From contig CAZQHP010000001.1 of NCBI GenBank assembly GCA_964593805.1, positions 128,091-192,090 on the forward strand: a stretch of 64,000 nt of DNA, in the 5' to 3' direction. A model generated the notes under the pieces. The model ran no database searches, was not told where the DNA came from, and was given only the letters and a program-made list of their open reading frames with translations. The stretch comes from an uncultured Candidatus Saccharibacteria bacterium (GTDB lineage: Bacteria > Patescibacteriota > Saccharimonadia > Saccharimonadales > JBBQAJ01). Each line of letters begins with the position of its first letter. Position 1 is the stretch's first letter. The position numbers and the translations under genes are program-made. Shown in pieces: positions 62,934-64,000 of this stretch.

Positions 62934-63997
62934 TAAACCCAGACATCTTTCGTAGCCGTGAAACCATAGTTTCTAAACATCCATCTAATTCTATCAGCAG
63001 GAATCGATGTTTTATCAAATGAATATTGATCAAGTTGCTGCATATGGATATTTAGTGGCTGCTCAATTGATATATCTCCGTCGGCAATCCCCTGAAGATA
63101 TTCTTCAAAAAGTATATGGAACATAAAAAGGTTATTACGAGTTTTATTTTTGCTGGAAAGTAATTCGTGATGAAGCTCAACAAATAAAGCAAGATAATCA
63201 GGATCTAGCTCGGAGAACTCGCCGGTAATTTTATGTGTTTGAGGGTCGCGTACTTTGATCTTGCCATGTTTTCTGCGTTGCTCACTAAGCTCCATAACAT
63301 TGTTACTATACGTAAATCCAAGACTCTGCCATTCTCTGGAGTGAGGATGAATATTTCGCAAAATTCTGAACGCGTCCATATGTCTTCCTTGAAGTACCCC
63401 TCTATCAAAATAATCTTCAAAGATGTCTCGCAATTGTTGTGTATCAATCAATGGGACAAATCCACTCTCTTGCGTTGCATAACAACGAACACCAAAGCCT
63501 ATGCTAGCAACAATTTCGCCCTCTCTTTTGTATATATCGGTAAAAGATGGGTCTCCAATAGATTCAAAAAATTCATAGAACTTTTCGTGAAATCCCTTTT
63601 CGTGCATTAGATTGAATAGCCAGACATGATCCATAGAATCATGAACCGCGAGTGATATCTTTGAATCAGCTAGCCCATTAATAGAAAGTATCCGATCATT
63701 CTTCAATACTTCTGTTAATGGCAGTGGTCCGGTGCCTACTTTTTCTTTGGCGCTACGAACGATGGGTAAACGTTCAGGATCAATAGCTACAACGATCCCG
63801 CTTTGTAGCATTTCTCCTAAACTTCTCGCTGTTTCGTTACCATTGAATTGATATCGATCGTTTTTTACTATTTGACCGGTTTTTGGATCCAGACGATCAC
63901 TAACGCCGGCTTTCATTTCTTCCGCGACCTCCTCAAGGTGTATTTTTAAGCCAGCATGGATATCTAAAAATTGGCTATCATTTACTAGAGTTGCCAT
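62933..63997 (-). CDS. hypothetical protein (354 aa), operonic with the CYTH gene
   Basis: Complete ORF. Its stop overlaps the CYTH GTG start by 1 nt. His/Asp-rich segments ('LAVHDSMDHVW', 'HPHSREW', 'ELHHEL') are present but I recognise no family. Confidence 0.5.
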   Translation of the reverse strand: MATLVNDSQFLDIHAGLKIHLEEVAEEMKAGVSDRLDPKTGQIVKNDRYQFNGNETARSLGEMLQSGIVVAIDPERLPIVRSAKEKVGTGPLPLTEVLKNDRILSINGLADSKISLAVHDSMDHVWLFNLMHEKGFHEKFYEFFESIGDPSFTDIYKREGEIVASIGFGVRCYATQESGFVPLIDTQQLRDIFEDYFDRGVLQGRHMDAFRILRNIHPHSREWQSLGFTYSNNVMELSEQRRKHGKIKVRDPQTHKITGEFSELDPDYLALFVELHHELLSSKNKTRNNLFMFHILFEEYLQGIADGDISIEQPLNIHMQQLDQYSFDKTSIPADRIRWMFRNYGFTATKDVWV

Positions 63998-64000
63998 TTG

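Noticed and set aside
1-64000. Looked for CRISPR arrays, rRNA genes, reverse transcriptase/DGR template-variable repeat pairs and prophage structural genes
   Set aside because: I saw no regularly spaced 25-40-nt direct repeats, no rRNA signature sequences, no RT motif (YxDD) ORF, and no capsid, terminase or portal-like ORFs by eye.
1-64000. Alternative genetic code (UGA recoded, as in some CPR lineages)
   Set aside because: Well-supported genes are intact under code 11. Several ORFs terminate at TGA at sensible positions (for example 31606..31989 and 33404..33754), and no conserved gene needs read-through of TGA.

Overview
The window looks like a streamlined, small-genome bacterium that uses the standard genetic code. 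Long ORFs end on TGA, TAA and TAG, and no recoding is needed. The gene content includes type IV pilin-like surface proteins, a short archaeal/type-2 AspRS, minimal metabolism and many membrane-anchored ORFans. This suggests a Patescibacteria/CPR organism, probably Saccharibacteria-like, but that is inference only.

Layout:
- 1-31.6 kb: mostly core genes. These cover envelope glycan synthesis (sugar-1-P nucleotidyltransferase tail, phosphomannomutase, GT4, polyprenyl glycosylphosphotransferase, O-antigen-ligase-like, GtrA). They also include a LexA-like wHTH protein, an ABC-2 exporter, UppP, a riboflavin kinase/RibE/RibH trio, and a candidate cobalamin riboswitch in front of an ORFan plus NadD. 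The rest are a CPA2 antiporter, MgtE, DsbA-like, CNNM/CBS, AspRS, aldo-keto reductase, AlkA-like glycosylase, a PIF1-like helicase, a surface-protein operon, TsaC, MazG-like and MurC.
- 31.6-44.4 kb: an accessory island of ORFans. It also carries a replication-relaxation (plasmid/ICE-type) gene, an IS1595-family transposase and a second ABC-2 exporter. The island is punctuated by 8-9 same-strand copies of a 15-nt motif (TTTGCTCATGCTTGC). This is the most unusual signal I see.
- 44.4-47.5 kb: Dus, tRNA(CAU), FtsB-like and a PH/PNPOx fusion.
- 47.5-56.7 kb: a minus-strand surface-protein island. It holds an LRR protein, secreted ORFans and four proteins with prepilin-like N-termini, three of them fused to LytM/M23-like domains. 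It ends at an initiator-like tRNA(CAU) that is followed by nested, decayed copies of its own 3' end.
- 56.9-64 kb: a large Ig-like surface protein, an RRM RNA-binding protein, a tiny stand-alone transcription unit, a third tRNA(CAU), Prs, a dihydroorotase-like gene, a CYTH enzyme and an ORFan.

No rRNA, CRISPR array or reverse transcriptase was seen. All functional calls come from motif recognition by eye, and no database search was run.
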